Sequence record: NC_016158.1
DNA from: Escherichia phage HK639
Strand: one strand, 5' to 3'
Length of the DNA: 49,576 nt
Shown: piece by piece, positions 1 through 10,027 of the stretch
How positions within the stretch are numbered: the stretch's first letter is position 1
Layout of the letters: the number at the start of each line of letters is the position of its first letter
Translations under genes and position numbers: made by a program
Notes under the pieces: generated by a model
The model's database searches: none
What the model saw: only the letters and a program-made list of their open reading frames with translations
Told to the model about the DNA's origin: nothing

Positions 1-50
1 ACGCTGTGGTAGCAGAATGGCATTCATCAAAAGCAACTACGGAGTGAGTA

Positions 51-701
51 ATGGCAAAACCGGACTGGGAGGCCATCGAGACGGCGTACCGGGCCGGAGT
101 GATGTCCCTCCGAGAAATAGCGTCACAGCACGGTATCAGTGAAGGCGCTATCCGTAAGCGTGCCAAGCGCGACGACTGGTCGCGTGACCTCAATGCGAAG
201 ATTCAGCAAAAGGCTGATGATCTGGTACGCAAACAGGAGGTACGCAAGCAGGTACGCAACGAAAGCACTTTGACCGAGCGCGTACTGATAGAGGCGACTG
301 CCGAGGTAATTGCCACGGTACGCATGGAGCACCGGGGAGACATCCGCCGGGCTCGTGAATTGACCAACACGCTATTCGATGAACTTGGTGCGCAGTGCGC
401 AGATGTAAGCGCGCTCGAGCAGTTGGGCGACATCATGTTTGATCCCGACGATAAAGGCCGGGACCGGCTCAATGAAATTTATCAGAAAGTGATCAGCCTG
501 CCTTCCCGCGTTAAATCCATGAAAGACCTGAGCGACAGCCTGAAGACGCTGATCGGCCTCGAGCGTGAGGCATACAGCATCGAGAATAAGGCTGAAACGA
601 AAGAGGTCACCCATAACGTCATGCTGGTGCCAACCAGTGACAACGTGGATGACTGGGAGGCGGCAGCGCAGAAACAACAGGACGGGGTGCTCGGTGGATG
701 A
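51..701 (+). CDS. Terminase small subunit
   Basis: 216 aa; N-terminal HTH-like SLREIASQHGISEGAIRKRAKRDDW; stop overlaps the large-terminase start (ATGA at 698-701). Confidence 0.75.
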   Translation: MAKPDWEAIETAYRAGVMSLREIASQHGISEGAIRKRAKRDDWSRDLNAKIQQKADDLVRKQEVRKQVRNESTLTERVLIEATAEVIATVRMEHRGDIRRARELTNTLFDELGAQCADVSALEQLGDIMFDPDDKGRDRLNEIYQKVISLPSRVKSMKDLSDSLKTLIGLEREAYSIENKAETKEVTHNVMLVPTSDNVDDWEAAAQKQQDGVLGG

Positions 702-2269
702 ATTACAAAGCTGTATGGAAGCCACTGCCTGGATCTCAGTCCCTGGCGCTGAGCTGCCCGTGTAACGAAATCCTGTTCGAGGGCACTCGCGGACCGGGCA
801 AGACAGCTGCGCAGTTAGCCAGGTTCAGGCGTAATGTCGGCGTAGGTTATGGCTCGTTCTGGCGCGGCGTCATTTTCGACACCGAGTATAAAAACCTTGC
901 CGACATCATCACTCAGTCGAAGCGCATGTTTCGCCTGTTCAACGACGGTGCGCGCTATCTGTCATCTGCGAGCGAATTGCGATGGGTGTGGCCAACGGGC
1001 GAGGAGCTTCTCTTCCGCTTCGGCAAAGAGGCAGACGACTACTGGGATTTCCACGGTCAGGAATTCCCGTTTATCGGCTTTAACGAGCTGACGAAACAGC
1101 AGTCTCCAGAGTTCTATGAAATGATGTTCTCCTGCCGCCGATCATCGTTCAGGCCGGAAAACTACCCGCTGGAGAATGGCAAGTTATTGAGGCCAATCCC
1201 GCTGGAGACGTTCAGCACGACCAACCCGTTCGGCATCGGGCATACCTGGGTGAAGAAGCGCTTCATTGAGCCAGCGCCGCGCGGAACCGTGCAGCGCGAC
1301 CGGCAAATGGTGTTCAACCCTCAGACAGAACGAGAAGAGGAAATCACGCTGACCCGCGTGGCAATCCACGGCTCGTTCAAAGAGAACCCGTACCTCGATC
1401 CGCAGTACATCGCAACGCTGATGGCCATCAAAGACCCGAATCGCCGTAAGGCGTGGGTTGAGGGCTCGTGGGATGTTACCAGCGGCGGACGTTTCGACCA
1501 TCTGTGGAATGCCTCGCATCATGTCATCAAGCCATTCCGCATACCGGATAGCTGGACGGTCGACCGCTCGCATGACTGGGGCGAATCGAAACCGTTTTCC
1601 AACCTCTGGTGGGCACGATCCGACGGAACCGCCGCAGAACTGCCTGATGGCCGCCAGTTCTGCCCGCCTGCTGGGACGCTGATTCTTATTGGCGAGTGGT
1701 ACGGCTGCCCACCGGACGAGCTGAACAAAGGCCTGAATATGTCATCAACAAACGTCGCTAAGGGCGTTGCCTGGGTAGATAAACGACTGGTGGGCGATGA
1801 ACTTGCTGAGCCTGACGAAATCAAGCTTAACGGGGTGACGCAGGGGCAACTGAACATCATGCCTGGAATCTGTAAGAAGGTTACACCGGGCCCGGCTGAC
1901 AGCGCCATTTACAATACAGGCGATGATGAACTCTCCATTGCGCAGAAGATGGAGTCCCAGGGCGTTAAATGGCTTGAGGCAAACAAAAAGCCGGGATCTC
2001 GCGTTAACGGCGCCGCTCTGTTTGCCGATATGCTCGAAGCTGTCAATGAAGGTAAGAAACTGGAATCCGGCATCCCGGAGAAACCTGCATTTTACGTATT
2101 CGACTACTGCCGTGGCTGGATCAGCCGTGTGCCGGTACTCGTGCGCGACAGTAAAAACCCCGACGATGTAGATACCCAACAGGAAGATCACGACTGGGAT
2201 GCTACCCGATATGCCGTTCTGCATTCACCGCCGAAGAGAGTCGGCAAAGTCACCAATCTGAGGCTCTAA
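698..2269 (+). CDS. Terminase large subunit
   Basis: 523 aa; Walker-A-like GTRGPGKT near N-terminus; acidic nuclease-type C-terminal part (QQEDHDWDATRY); lies between small terminase and portal. Confidence 0.85.
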   Translation: MNYKAVWKPLPGSQSLALSCPCNEILFEGTRGPGKTAAQLARFRRNVGVGYGSFWRGVIFDTEYKNLADIITQSKRMFRLFNDGARYLSSASELRWVWPTGEELLFRFGKEADDYWDFHGQEFPFIGFNELTKQQSPEFYEMMFSCRRSSFRPENYPLENGKLLRPIPLETFSTTNPFGIGHTWVKKRFIEPAPRGTVQRDRQMVFNPQTEREEEITLTRVAIHGSFKENPYLDPQYIATLMAIKDPNRRKAWVEGSWDVTSGGRFDHLWNASHHVIKPFRIPDSWTVDRSHDWGESKPFSNLWWARSDGTAAELPDGRQFCPPAGTLILIGEWYGCPPDELNKGLNMSSTNVAKGVAWVDKRLVGDELAEPDEIKLNGVTQGQLNIMPGICKKVTPGPADSAIYNTGDDELSIAQKMESQGVKWLEANKKPGSRVNGAALFADMLEAVNEGKKLESGIPEKPAFYVFDYCRGWISRVPVLVRDSKNPDDVDTQQEDHDWDATRYAVLHSPPKRVGKVTNLRL

Positions 2270-2273
2270 TTCC

Positions 2274-3674
2274 ATGCCTGACATTTCAACACCCAATCTG
2301 GACTATGGGAACATGGTCGAGGCGTGGGATATCAACGATGCCCTGATGGGCGGCACGCTCTATATGCGACAGCTGGGCGAGCAATATCTACCGCGCTGGC
2401 CGAAAGAAGACAAAGAGGACTACAAAAAACGCCTCGCCGTGGCCACGCTTCTGCCAGCCTACGAAGAGACCATTAAGCAAAACATCGGGCGTGTATTTGC
2501 TGAGCCCATTAAGCTTGCCGAGAATGTGCCGGATCAGCTGCGAGAGTATGCGAAAAACTTCGACCTTGAGGGGACGCGCCTGGACGTATGGGCGCAGGCA
2601 TTCTTCGGTCTGGCGATGCAGTATGGCCTCTCCCACGCGCTGGTGGATTATCCCAGGGTGGACACCGAAAAGGTGAAAACCAAAGCGGAAGAGAAAGCTA
2701 CTGGCGCGCGCCCATACGTCACCATGCTCAATCCCCGGCAGGTGATCGGATGGAAGTCGAAAATGGTAGACGGCAAAGTGGTGCTGACCGAGCTGCGTAT
2801 CAAAGAGGTAGTTATCGAGGACGGCGACGACTTCGGGCAGACAAAGGTCGAGCAAATTCGTTATCTGACACCTGGAATGGTGCAAATCTACCGCAAGTCG
2901 AAAGGTATCGATGGGGCGGCGAACTGGGAGAAGTTCGACGAATGGACAACATCTCGTAAGGACATAACACTGGTGACGCTCTACACCAAGCGCACCGGGT
3001 TTATGTGTGGTTCACCTCCACTGCTCAATATGGCTCTGCTGAACATCAAGCACTGGCAGAGTCAAAGCGAGCAGGACAACATTCTGCATGTCGCCAGGGT
3101 GCCGTTGCTCACGGTGTTCGGTTTGGAAGAGGGGCAAGAGCTGATAATTGGCTCGTCTTCAGCTACGTCGTTCACTGATCGGCAAAAGCAGGGTCTGGAA
3201 TACGTCGAGCATACAGGCTCCTCCATCGGTGCTGGTAAAGAGTCGCTGGCAGAACTTGTGGAGCAGATGCGCCAGGCTGGTGCGAAGCTGCTGCGTACGG
3301 AAAACACCTCTACCAAATCGGTAGACCAGACCTCCGAAGAGAAAATGCAGGAGCAGTCACCGCTCTACACCATGGCTACCAGCCTTGAAGATGCGATCGA
3401 CAACATTCTGCAAATCATGGCCGAGTACATCGGCGAGAAAGATGGTGGCAACGTTGATGTTCGCACCGAGCTGGATGTTGAGTCGAAAGAATTCAACCCG
3501 CCTGCTGCACTGGCTATTCAGTCCCTGCGCCAGGGCGGTGACCTTCGCCGTATCGATGCGATTAAAGCCCTGCAAAAACTCAACCTGATTGATGCCGATG
3601 CGGATCCTGATACGGTGCTGAGCGAGTTGCTGGCCGAGTCTGCGTCGCTGAGTGAACCACCGCCGGGGGTGTGA
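2274..3674 (+). CDS. Portal protein
   Basis: 466 aa directly after TerL; size, position and acidic C-terminus typical of portals; family assignment from recall only. Confidence 0.7.
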   Translation: MPDISTPNLDYGNMVEAWDINDALMGGTLYMRQLGEQYLPRWPKEDKEDYKKRLAVATLLPAYEETIKQNIGRVFAEPIKLAENVPDQLREYAKNFDLEGTRLDVWAQAFFGLAMQYGLSHALVDYPRVDTEKVKTKAEEKATGARPYVTMLNPRQVIGWKSKMVDGKVVLTELRIKEVVIEDGDDFGQTKVEQIRYLTPGMVQIYRKSKGIDGAANWEKFDEWTTSRKDITLVTLYTKRTGFMCGSPPLLNMALLNIKHWQSQSEQDNILHVARVPLLTVFGLEEGQELIIGSSSATSFTDRQKQGLEYVEHTGSSIGAGKESLAELVEQMRQAGAKLLRTENTSTKSVDQTSEEKMQEQSPLYTMATSLEDAIDNILQIMAEYIGEKDGGNVDVRTELDVESKEFNPPAALAIQSLRQGGDLRRIDAIKALQKLNLIDADADPDTVLSELLAESASLSEPPPGV

Positions 3675-3675
3675 A

Positions 3676-4782
3676 ATGGCCCGCTCCGTTAACGACCGCC
3701 TGCAGGACGAAACGATAGCGCACGGCCTGTATGTAAACCGCTACGGTACTGGCGTCGCTCGTCGGATGGTGGCGCTGCTCAGCAAGATGGATGCCGACCT
3801 GGCTGCCAAACTGCTGGTGCTGCTGGATGGTAAGCGTGCCGATACCTACAGCGCTCGCCGCTTGGCTTCGCTGCTGGCTGGTGTGCGCGTACTGAATCAA
3901 CAGGCCTATGAACCGGTGAATGCTGCGCTGGCACGTGAACTGACGCGCTACGTTGAGTATGAGGTCGGTTATCAGTTTGACCTTTTCAGCAACATCATTC
4001 CGAAGCAGATCCTCAGGCATGTACCGCTCCAGAGCATCGCGCCTGAGCAGGTTTACGCCTCAGCAGTGGCTCAGCCATTCCAGGGGCGCTTGCTGAAGGA
4101 GTGGGGCCAGAAGCTTGAAACGGATCGGCTGGATAAAATCACCAACGCTGTGCGCACCGGTTTCCTTCAGGGTGAAACGGTAGATCAGATCGTTAAACGC
4201 GTTGCCGGAACGCAGAAACTCAATCGTGAAGATGGGGTGATTAACGCCTCACGTCGCGACCTGGCGGTGGTGGCCCGCACGGCTGTAAATCACATGGCCG
4301 CTACTGCGCGTCAGGAGTTCGCACAGGGCAACAGCGATATCGTAAAGGCCAAACAGTGGTCCTCAACGCTGGACACTCATACCAGCCAGTGGTGCATTAT
4401 CCGCGACCGAAAGCTTTACACGCTCGACGGCAAGCCGCTGGGGCATGAAATTCCGTATCTGCGCGGACCCGGCAAAATTCATTTCTGCTGTCGCTCCGGT
4501 GAAATCCTGATTACCAAATCGTGGGAAGAGATGCAGATAGCCTCTGGCGAGCTGAGCATCGCCACGCGCGCCTCAATGGACGGACAGGTGCCATCGCATA
4601 CCAGCTATGCCGAATGGCTCGTCAGGCAACCGTACGCACGGCAGGAGCAGGTGCTGGGCGTTACTCGCGCGCGGATGCTGCGTGACGGCAAAATCACGGT
4701 ACCAGAGATGTTCAACGATGCCGGGGAGTTCCTTACCTTGGACGAACTGCGCCGCGTGGATGCGTCGGCGTTTGAGGGGTAA
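3676..4782 (+). CDS. Head morphogenesis protein (Mu F / SPP1 gp7-like minor head protein)
   Basis: 368 aa; ATG 3676 lies 2 nt after the portal stop (track start 3652 is inside portal); position after portal is typical. Confidence 0.6.
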   Translation: MARSVNDRLQDETIAHGLYVNRYGTGVARRMVALLSKMDADLAAKLLVLLDGKRADTYSARRLASLLAGVRVLNQQAYEPVNAALARELTRYVEYEVGYQFDLFSNIIPKQILRHVPLQSIAPEQVYASAVAQPFQGRLLKEWGQKLETDRLDKITNAVRTGFLQGETVDQIVKRVAGTQKLNREDGVINASRRDLAVVARTAVNHMAATARQEFAQGNSDIVKAKQWSSTLDTHTSQWCIIRDRKLYTLDGKPLGHEIPYLRGPGKIHFCCRSGEILITKSWEEMQIASGELSIATRASMDGQVPSHTSYAEWLVRQPYARQEQVLGVTRARMLRDGKITVPEMFNDAGEFLTLDELRRVDASAFEG

Positions 4783-4784
4783 TC

Positions 4785-4901
4785 ATGCCTCAGATAATGG
4801 TTGGCTTGGTCTCGATTGCATTGGGGCTGGCGGCAATAGTCATATCCTCGCGAAGTATCTACGAAATGTGGCGCTTCATGAGGGAGCAAAAGAACAAATA
4901 G
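4785..4901 (+). CDS. Small single-pass membrane peptide (38 aa, MPQIMVGLVSIALGLAAIVISSRSIYEMWRFMREQKNK)
   Basis: Not in the ORF track (shorter than 60 aa). ATG 3 nt after the preceding stop, hydrophobic helix then basic tail, immediately followed by a terminator. Confidence 0.4.
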   Translation: MPQIMVGLVSIALGLAAIVISSRSIYEMWRFMREQKNK

Positions 4902-4922
4902 GTCGCTTCGGCGGCCTTTTTT
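4901..4922 (+). terminator. Intrinsic terminator
   Basis: GGTCGC-TTCG-GCGGCC hairpin followed by TTTTTT. Confidence 0.6.
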
Positions 4923-5003
4923 ATGCCTGCCGTTGAGCGGATGCGACGCGGTGACCGGGTCGGATGACCTATTACCAATGGCCGGAAGGCTGGAGCAAAA
5001 ACA

Positions 5004-5756
5004 ATGAAACTGAAACTTGATGCTAACGGAAATGTGGTCGTTGAAAACGGTATGCCTGTGTACATCCATGATGACGGCAAAGAGATCCCGTTCGACGCAG
5101 CCGCAGCGATGACCAAAATCACCTCCCTGAACGGTGAAGCTAAAACTCACCGTGAAGCGAAGGAGGCGGCGGAAGCCAGTCTCGCGAAATTCTCTGGCAT
5201 CACCGACCCGGCCAAGGCGCTCGAAGCCCTGGAGATGATGACCAAAATCGACCAGAAAAAACTGATCGATGCTGGTGCCGTTGACCAGGTAAAGGCGGAG
5301 ATCACCAAAGTTTTCCAACAGCAACTCGAAGAGGCGAACAGCAAGACCCAGCAACTGGAAACTCAACTCTACGACGAGATGATCGGCGGCCGCTTCGGTG
5401 GCTCCAAATTCATTTCAGAGAAGATGGCGATCCCGGCTGAGTTCGTGCGTTCGTACTTCGGGCAGAACTTCAAAATCGAAGACGGCAAGGTCGTGGCCTT
5501 CGACGGTCAGGGCAATAAGGTGTTCTCTCGCACCAAGCCTGGCGAGCTGGCTAGCTTCGACGAAGCGCTGGAGTCACTGGTCGAGTCGCATCCGCAGAAA
5601 GATTACATCCTCAAAGCGTCCGGTAACAGCGGCGGCGGTTCTCACCAGTCGCAGCACCAGGCCGGGCAAAAAACCATGAAACGCGATGCGTTTGATGCAT
5701 TACCTCCAGCAGAGCAACAGGCTGTGATTGGCGGCGGCACAAGCATCGTTGATTAA
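5004..5756 (+). CDS. Scaffolding protein
   Basis: 250 aa, helical and charged (coiled-coil-like QQLEEANSKTQQLETQLYDE), immediately upstream of the coat gene. Confidence 0.6.
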   Translation: MKLKLDANGNVVVENGMPVYIHDDGKEIPFDAAAAMTKITSLNGEAKTHREAKEAAEASLAKFSGITDPAKALEALEMMTKIDQKKLIDAGAVDQVKAEITKVFQQQLEEANSKTQQLETQLYDEMIGGRFGGSKFISEKMAIPAEFVRSYFGQNFKIEDGKVVAFDGQGNKVFSRTKPGELASFDEALESLVESHPQKDYILKASGNSGGGSHQSQHQAGQKTMKRDAFDALPPAEQQAVIGGGTSIVD

Positions 5757-5773
5757 TCGAAAGGAATAAATAC

Positions 5774-6910
5774 ATGTCTAATACTTTGACTGGCCTGATC
5801 CCGACCATTTATACGGCGCTTAACCGCGTTTCACGTGAGCAGGTAGGTTTTATCCCGGCAGTGGCTCGTAACGCTAAGGCCGATGCCGCGGCCAAAGACC
5901 AAACCGTGACCGCACCGGTAGCACCAAAAACCACCACCGTTGATATCACTCCGGCGGCAACCGCGCCAAACGACGGTGATCAGAACATTGGTACCGTGGA
6001 TGTCAAAATCACCAAATCAAAAATGGCTCCGGTCAAATGGAACGGTGAAGAACAGTTGGCGATGGGGCCATCAGGTAACTACGACGTTATCCTTGCCGAT
6101 CAGTTTTCTCAGGCCTTCCGCGCGCTGAGCAACGAAATGGACGCAGACCTGGCTGCGCTGTTCTACAAATCTTCCCGTGCAGTTGGTTCACCAAAAGAGA
6201 CGCCATTCAGCATTAAAGACGATCTGTCTGATGCAGCGCTGGCGCGTCAGATTTTAGTGGATAACGGTGCACCGACTACCGACATGCGCATGGTGCTGGG
6301 CGGCGAAGCGATGGCCTCAATTCGCGGAAAACAGTCGGTTCTGTTCAAAGCGAACGAAGCAGGTACCGATCAGCTTCTGCGTGAAGGTATTATTGGCCGC
6401 GTGATGGGCTTTAACCTTCACGAATCCGCCAACATCAAGCGCACAGCGAAAAGTACGGCGGCGGGCTATACGGTCAACGGCGCGAAGCAGGAAGGCGATA
6501 TCATCATCGCTATCTCCACAGGTACCGGTGGTATCGCAGCAGGCACTGCGGTTAAGTTCGATGGCGACTTTAACCAGTATCTGGTTGTGGCCTCTACGGC
6601 CTCAAGCATCACTATCGCAGCACCGGGACTGCGCCAGGATCTGGCAGACCAGACAGCTATTACCGTTGTGAGCGAATTCACACCAAACATGGCATTCGAC
6701 CGCAATGCTTTCCTGCTGGCGTGCCGCACCCCGGCAATGCCAAAAGGCGGAGACACCGCCGACGATGTGATGAATGTTACCGACCCGGTGTCAGGCATCA
6801 CCTTCCAGATCGCGCTCTATCGCCAGTACCGTCAGGTGCGTTACGAGGTTGGCGTGGCATGGGGTGTGGCATCTGTTCAGCCTGAACACTCCACCATCAT
6901 CATGGGTTAA
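5774..6910 (+). CDS. Major capsid protein (P22 coat-like)
   Basis: 378 aa after scaffold; N-terminus MSNTLTGLIPTIYTALNRVSREQVGFIPAV resembles the P22-coat family; strong SD (AAGGAA). Confidence 0.8.
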   Translation: MSNTLTGLIPTIYTALNRVSREQVGFIPAVARNAKADAAAKDQTVTAPVAPKTTTVDITPAATAPNDGDQNIGTVDVKITKSKMAPVKWNGEEQLAMGPSGNYDVILADQFSQAFRALSNEMDADLAALFYKSSRAVGSPKETPFSIKDDLSDAALARQILVDNGAPTTDMRMVLGGEAMASIRGKQSVLFKANEAGTDQLLREGIIGRVMGFNLHESANIKRTAKSTAAGYTVNGAKQEGDIIIAISTGTGGIAAGTAVKFDGDFNQYLVVASTASSITIAAPGLRQDLADQTAITVVSEFTPNMAFDRNAFLLACRTPAMPKGGDTADDVMNVTDPVSGITFQIALYRQYRQVRYEVGVAWGVASVQPEHSTIIMG

Positions 6911-6914
6911 CCCA

Positions 6915-6937
6915 GGGGGGGCTTCGGCCCCTTTGTT
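6915..6937 (+). terminator. Weak intrinsic terminator after coat gene
   Basis: GGGGC-TTCG-GCCCC hairpin followed by TTTGTTATT. Confidence 0.4.
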
Positions 6938-6951
6938 ATTCAGGAGGCCCA

Positions 6952-7137
6952 ATGGCCGGATTAACCAAAGAGCAGCGCGCGCAGCGTGACGCGGAAAAGC
7001 TTGCAGCTCAGCAGGGTATTGAGCTGGTGGTCATGGTGCGTGACACCCCAGAGTTCCCCGGCGGCCCGCTGAGCGCTGAGGTTCACCATGACGAAGTGGA
7101 TAACTGGCAGGCGCTGGACTGGCGTCTGGAGGAATAA
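6952..7137 (+). CDS. Small head-module protein, unknown function
   Basis: 61-aa ORF with SD (AGGAGG), packed between coat and adaptor genes. Confidence 0.5.
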   Translation: MAGLTKEQRAQRDAEKLAAQQGIELVVMVRDTPEFPGGPLSAEVHHDEVDNWQALDWRLEE

Positions 7138-7139
7138 CC

Positions 7140-7622
7140 ATGCTGGTTGCTGATCCCCACTCTCCAGACTTTAACAGCTACGCCAGCGCGTCCGACCTGC
7201 GGGTCTTTGCCGCCGCGCGCGGATACACCATACCTGCCGAAGATGGCGAGTGTAGCCAGATGCTGATGCAGGCAATGGACTTTCTGGAAGGGAAGGCCTG
7301 GCGCGGTCAGCGCTCCAGCGCATCTCAGCCTCTATCCTGGCCTCGCTCAGGCGTACGCTTCGATGGTGTGGAGCTGCAGGATGATGCTATTCCACAGCGC
7401 CTGATTGATGCCCAATGCCGCCTGGCTATTGAGTCGCAGGAGATTGACCTCACGCCGTCGGTCTCCGGTGGCGGCGCGGTCATAGCTGAGAGCGTACAGG
7501 GGGCCGTCTCTGTGCAGTACGAGCCGGGAACGAATAAGGCTACTCCATCATTCCCTTGGTTCTATTCCTCGCTGCGCGGGCTTGTGGTTGGCGGCAACCA
7601 GGTCCGGATCGAAAGGGGGTAG
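7140..7622 (+). CDS. Head-tail adaptor / connector protein
   Basis: 160 aa, tightly coupled in the neck module; position-based call. Confidence 0.5.
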   Translation: MLVADPHSPDFNSYASASDLRVFAAARGYTIPAEDGECSQMLMQAMDFLEGKAWRGQRSSASQPLSWPRSGVRFDGVELQDDAIPQRLIDAQCRLAIESQEIDLTPSVSGGGAVIAESVQGAVSVQYEPGTNKATPSFPWFYSSLRGLVVGGNQVRIERG

Positions 7623-7623
7623 C

Positions 7624-7977
7624 ATGGCAATCGACTATCGCCGCATGCGCGCCACGGCAACTCGGCTGCTGAGGGAGAATGGCAAGTCCTACCAATTGAC
7701 CCGCGGCGGCACTACCACTCGCGATCAGTTCGGGAAAGAGGTCACCACCCCGGCAATTACCGCGACCGTGACCGGAGTTATCACCGAATACTCCTCCCGA
7801 GAAATCGACGGCTCCATGATCGCCACCGGCGATAAGAAGCTGGCGGCCACATTCGAAACGGAAGTGCGCATTGATGACCGCATTGAAATCGACGGCAAAA
7901 AGTGGCGTGTGGTGCAGCCGAATCCGGTTAAGCCTGCTGATGTGCTTATCTCCTACAACATCCAACTGAGGGCGTGA
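7624..7977 (+). CDS. Head-closure / head-tail joining protein
   Basis: 117 aa from ATG 7624 (track start 7582 overlaps the previous gene); position-based. Confidence 0.45.
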   Translation: MAIDYRRMRATATRLLRENGKSYQLTRGGTTTRDQFGKEVTTPAITATVTGVITEYSSREIDGSMIATGDKKLAATFETEVRIDDRIEIDGKKWRVVQPNPVKPADVLISYNIQLRA

Positions 7978-7979
7978 GT

Positions 7980-8579
7980 ATGGCCAGTACTGCTAATCAG
8001 CCGTTCCTGGCTGCCATTCAGTTGTTCGTGGATAGCTCAAAAGAGGAGGTGGATGAGGTGGTACGCAGGACGGGTATTAAAATCCTCGCTCAGTTGGTGG
8101 AGATGTCTCCAATTGGTAACCCCGACCTCTGGCAGGTGAACCAGACAGCATCGGCCTATAACGATGCAGTTCGGGAGCATAACGCGAACCTACGTGATAA
8201 TCCGGCTAACCTCACCAAAGCCGGGCGGCTCAAGCGCGGCCTGCGCGTAAACGACTCGATGGACATCAAAAAGCCTGAGGGTTATGTCGGTGGTCGGTTC
8301 AAGAACAACTGGTATGTCGGGTTCGATAGCCAGCCAACGGAGACGAACGATACCCCGGACGCTTCGGGGCAGGGTTCCAACTCCCGCGGGCTGGCGGTGC
8401 TCGAAGTGTTCCGGGTGGGGCAGGTGAACTCGATTTACTTTACCAATAACCTGCCATATGCGGCAGCGCTGGAAAACGGTCATTCCACCCAGGCGCCGGG
8501 CGGGATGGTGGGCATTACAGCTATCGACGCGGCGCAGCTATTCCGTGAGGCAATGAGCGAGGTGCGCAATGGCCGGTGA
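7980..8579 (+). CDS. HK97 gp10-like neck / tail-completion protein
   Basis: Motif NNLPYAAALENGHSTQAPGGMVG typical of the gp10 family. GTG 7974 (GTGA overlap with the upstream stop) is an alternative start. Confidence 0.55.
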   Translation: MASTANQPFLAAIQLFVDSSKEEVDEVVRRTGIKILAQLVEMSPIGNPDLWQVNQTASAYNDAVREHNANLRDNPANLTKAGRLKRGLRVNDSMDIKKPEGYVGGRFKNNWYVGFDSQPTETNDTPDASGQGSNSRGLAVLEVFRVGQVNSIYFTNNLPYAAALENGHSTQAPGGMVGITAIDAAQLFREAMSEVRNGR

Positions 8580-9018
8580 TCAGTCAATGCGTATCGCTGG
8601 CCTGCTGGAAGGTCGCGTCGCGGTTATCTGCTCCTCGCTCGGGCTGCCGCTGGCCTGGCCGAACATCGCGTTTACTCCACCGGATAATGCGCCGTACGGG
8701 CGTGTTTACGTTCTTCCGGCGCAAACCGTGGGGCAGGATCTGGAAGGTCAGTTGCGTACATATCAGGGGATCTTGCAGGTAAACATCATTACTCCCGCAG
8801 GCTCAGGCGTGAGCCAGGCGAGAGGGCTGGCCCAGTCGGTGGCAGATGCATTCCCTGAAGGACTGCCGCTGGTGGACGGTGATCTGACGGTTTACATCAA
8901 CGGGCCGCCGCAGGTGAGACAACCCATCCAGGACCGGCCAACCTCGGCGCCCAACGGGTCCAGTGGCTCCATAACCTACACCATTCCCGTCAGCATGCAG
9001 TACCGCGCTGACTACTGA
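8569..9018 (+). CDS. Tail terminator-like protein (gpU analogue)
   Basis: 149 aa immediately upstream of the major tail gene; SD GAGGTG before ATG 8569. Confidence 0.45.
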   Translation: MAGDQSMRIAGLLEGRVAVICSSLGLPLAWPNIAFTPPDNAPYGRVYVLPAQTVGQDLEGQLRTYQGILQVNIITPAGSGVSQARGLAQSVADAFPEGLPLVDGDLTVYINGPPQVRQPIQDRPTSAPNGSSGSITYTIPVSMQYRADY

Positions 9019-9041
9019 CCCGCCAGATGGCGGGTTTTTTA
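9018..9041 (+). terminator. Intrinsic terminator
   Basis: ACCCGCC-AGAT-GGCGGGT followed by TTTTTT. Confidence 0.7.
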
Positions 9042-9064
9042 TTAGCTAAATTCAGGAGAGTGCT

Positions 9065-9997
9065 ATGGCATTCGCAATCCCTAACGGCTCGCGTGTGAAC
9101 GTGGCCAAGGCCTATCAAGCCCCAATCACCTTTACCGCAGCCTCTAACGCGACGGAATGCGAACTGACCGTTGCATCGGCCTCCGGCATTCTGGCCGGTG
9201 ACGTAGTTCAGGTGAGTTCCGGCTGGTTAAAGCTCGATAACATGGTGCTGCGCGTAAAATCGGTGACCAGTAATAAAATCGTGCTGGAAGCACTCGATAC
9301 TACCGACACCACCAAATTCCCGGCAGGCACTGGCGCGGGAACGCTGCGCAAAATCGACTCATGGATCACCATGCCTCAGGTGATGACACTATCAACTGAA
9401 GGTGGTGACCAGCAGACCATCAGTGTGCAGTTCCTCGAAGATGACAAAGCGCGAACTATCCCAACGTTTAAAAACGCGGTGGTTCAGGTTTACACCTTTG
9501 CGCATGACCCTCAACTGGCGATCTACAAACGCCTCATTGACCTGGATGACTCCAGCGATACAACGGCGGTCTGGTTCCATAACCCACGCGGCAAAGCCGA
9601 TCGTTTCTACTCAGCCAAAGTATCGTTCCAGCGCGTACCGCGCACGGAAATCAACGCCGTGGAAAGTAACGAAGCGCGTATGAACTTCGAATCGGACATG
9701 CAGATTTACCCGATCGCCGATTCATCCGTGACGCCGCTGGCGTTCCTGACCGACCTGCCGGCCACCAAATCGGTTGCCACAGGCGCAGCGCTGGATCTGG
9801 CGGTGGTAATGAAGGGCGGCTCAGCACCTTACACCTACGTATGGAAGAAAGGCAGCACCGCTATTCCGGGCAAAACCGCATCGACGTTCAACATTTCGTC
9901 TGTCGCATCCGGTGATGCTGGCGTTTACACCTGTGAAGTCACCGACGCCGCGGGAAAAACCATCACCTCGGCTGCGTGTACTGTCACGGTCAGCTAA
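9065..9997 (+). CDS. V: Major tail tube protein with C-terminal Ig-like domain
   Basis: 310 aa upstream of the G/T chaperones. C-terminal YTYVWKKGSTAIPGKTASTFNISSVASGDAGVYTCEVTDAAGKTITSAACTVTV is a classic Ig-like (W...Y.C) module. Confidence 0.75.
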   Translation: MAFAIPNGSRVNVAKAYQAPITFTAASNATECELTVASASGILAGDVVQVSSGWLKLDNMVLRVKSVTSNKIVLEALDTTDTTKFPAGTGAGTLRKIDSWITMPQVMTLSTEGGDQQTISVQFLEDDKARTIPTFKNAVVQVYTFAHDPQLAIYKRLIDLDDSSDTTAVWFHNPRGKADRFYSAKVSFQRVPRTEINAVESNEARMNFESDMQIYPIADSSVTPLAFLTDLPATKSVATGAALDLAVVMKGGSAPYTYVWKKGSTAIPGKTASTFNISSVASGDAGVYTCEVTDAAGKTITSAACTVTVS

Positions 9998-10005
9998 CCA
10001 CTCGG

Positions 10006-10027
10006 GCCCGGTACGCCGGGCTTTTTT
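10006..10027 (+). terminator. Intrinsic terminator
   Basis: GCCCGG-TACG-CCGGGC followed by TTTTTT. Confidence 0.75.

Noticed and set aside
1-50. Host flank or attL/attR at the window edges
   Set aside because: The edges join late genes to the terminase genes, as expected for a cos- or circularly-permuted phage map. The only att-like sequence is internal (25.8-26.1 kb). The cos site itself could not be pinpointed from sequence alone.
4605-5366. 253-aa minus-strand ORF
   Set aside because: Antisense to the F-like head gene and scaffold gene; no plausible start context.
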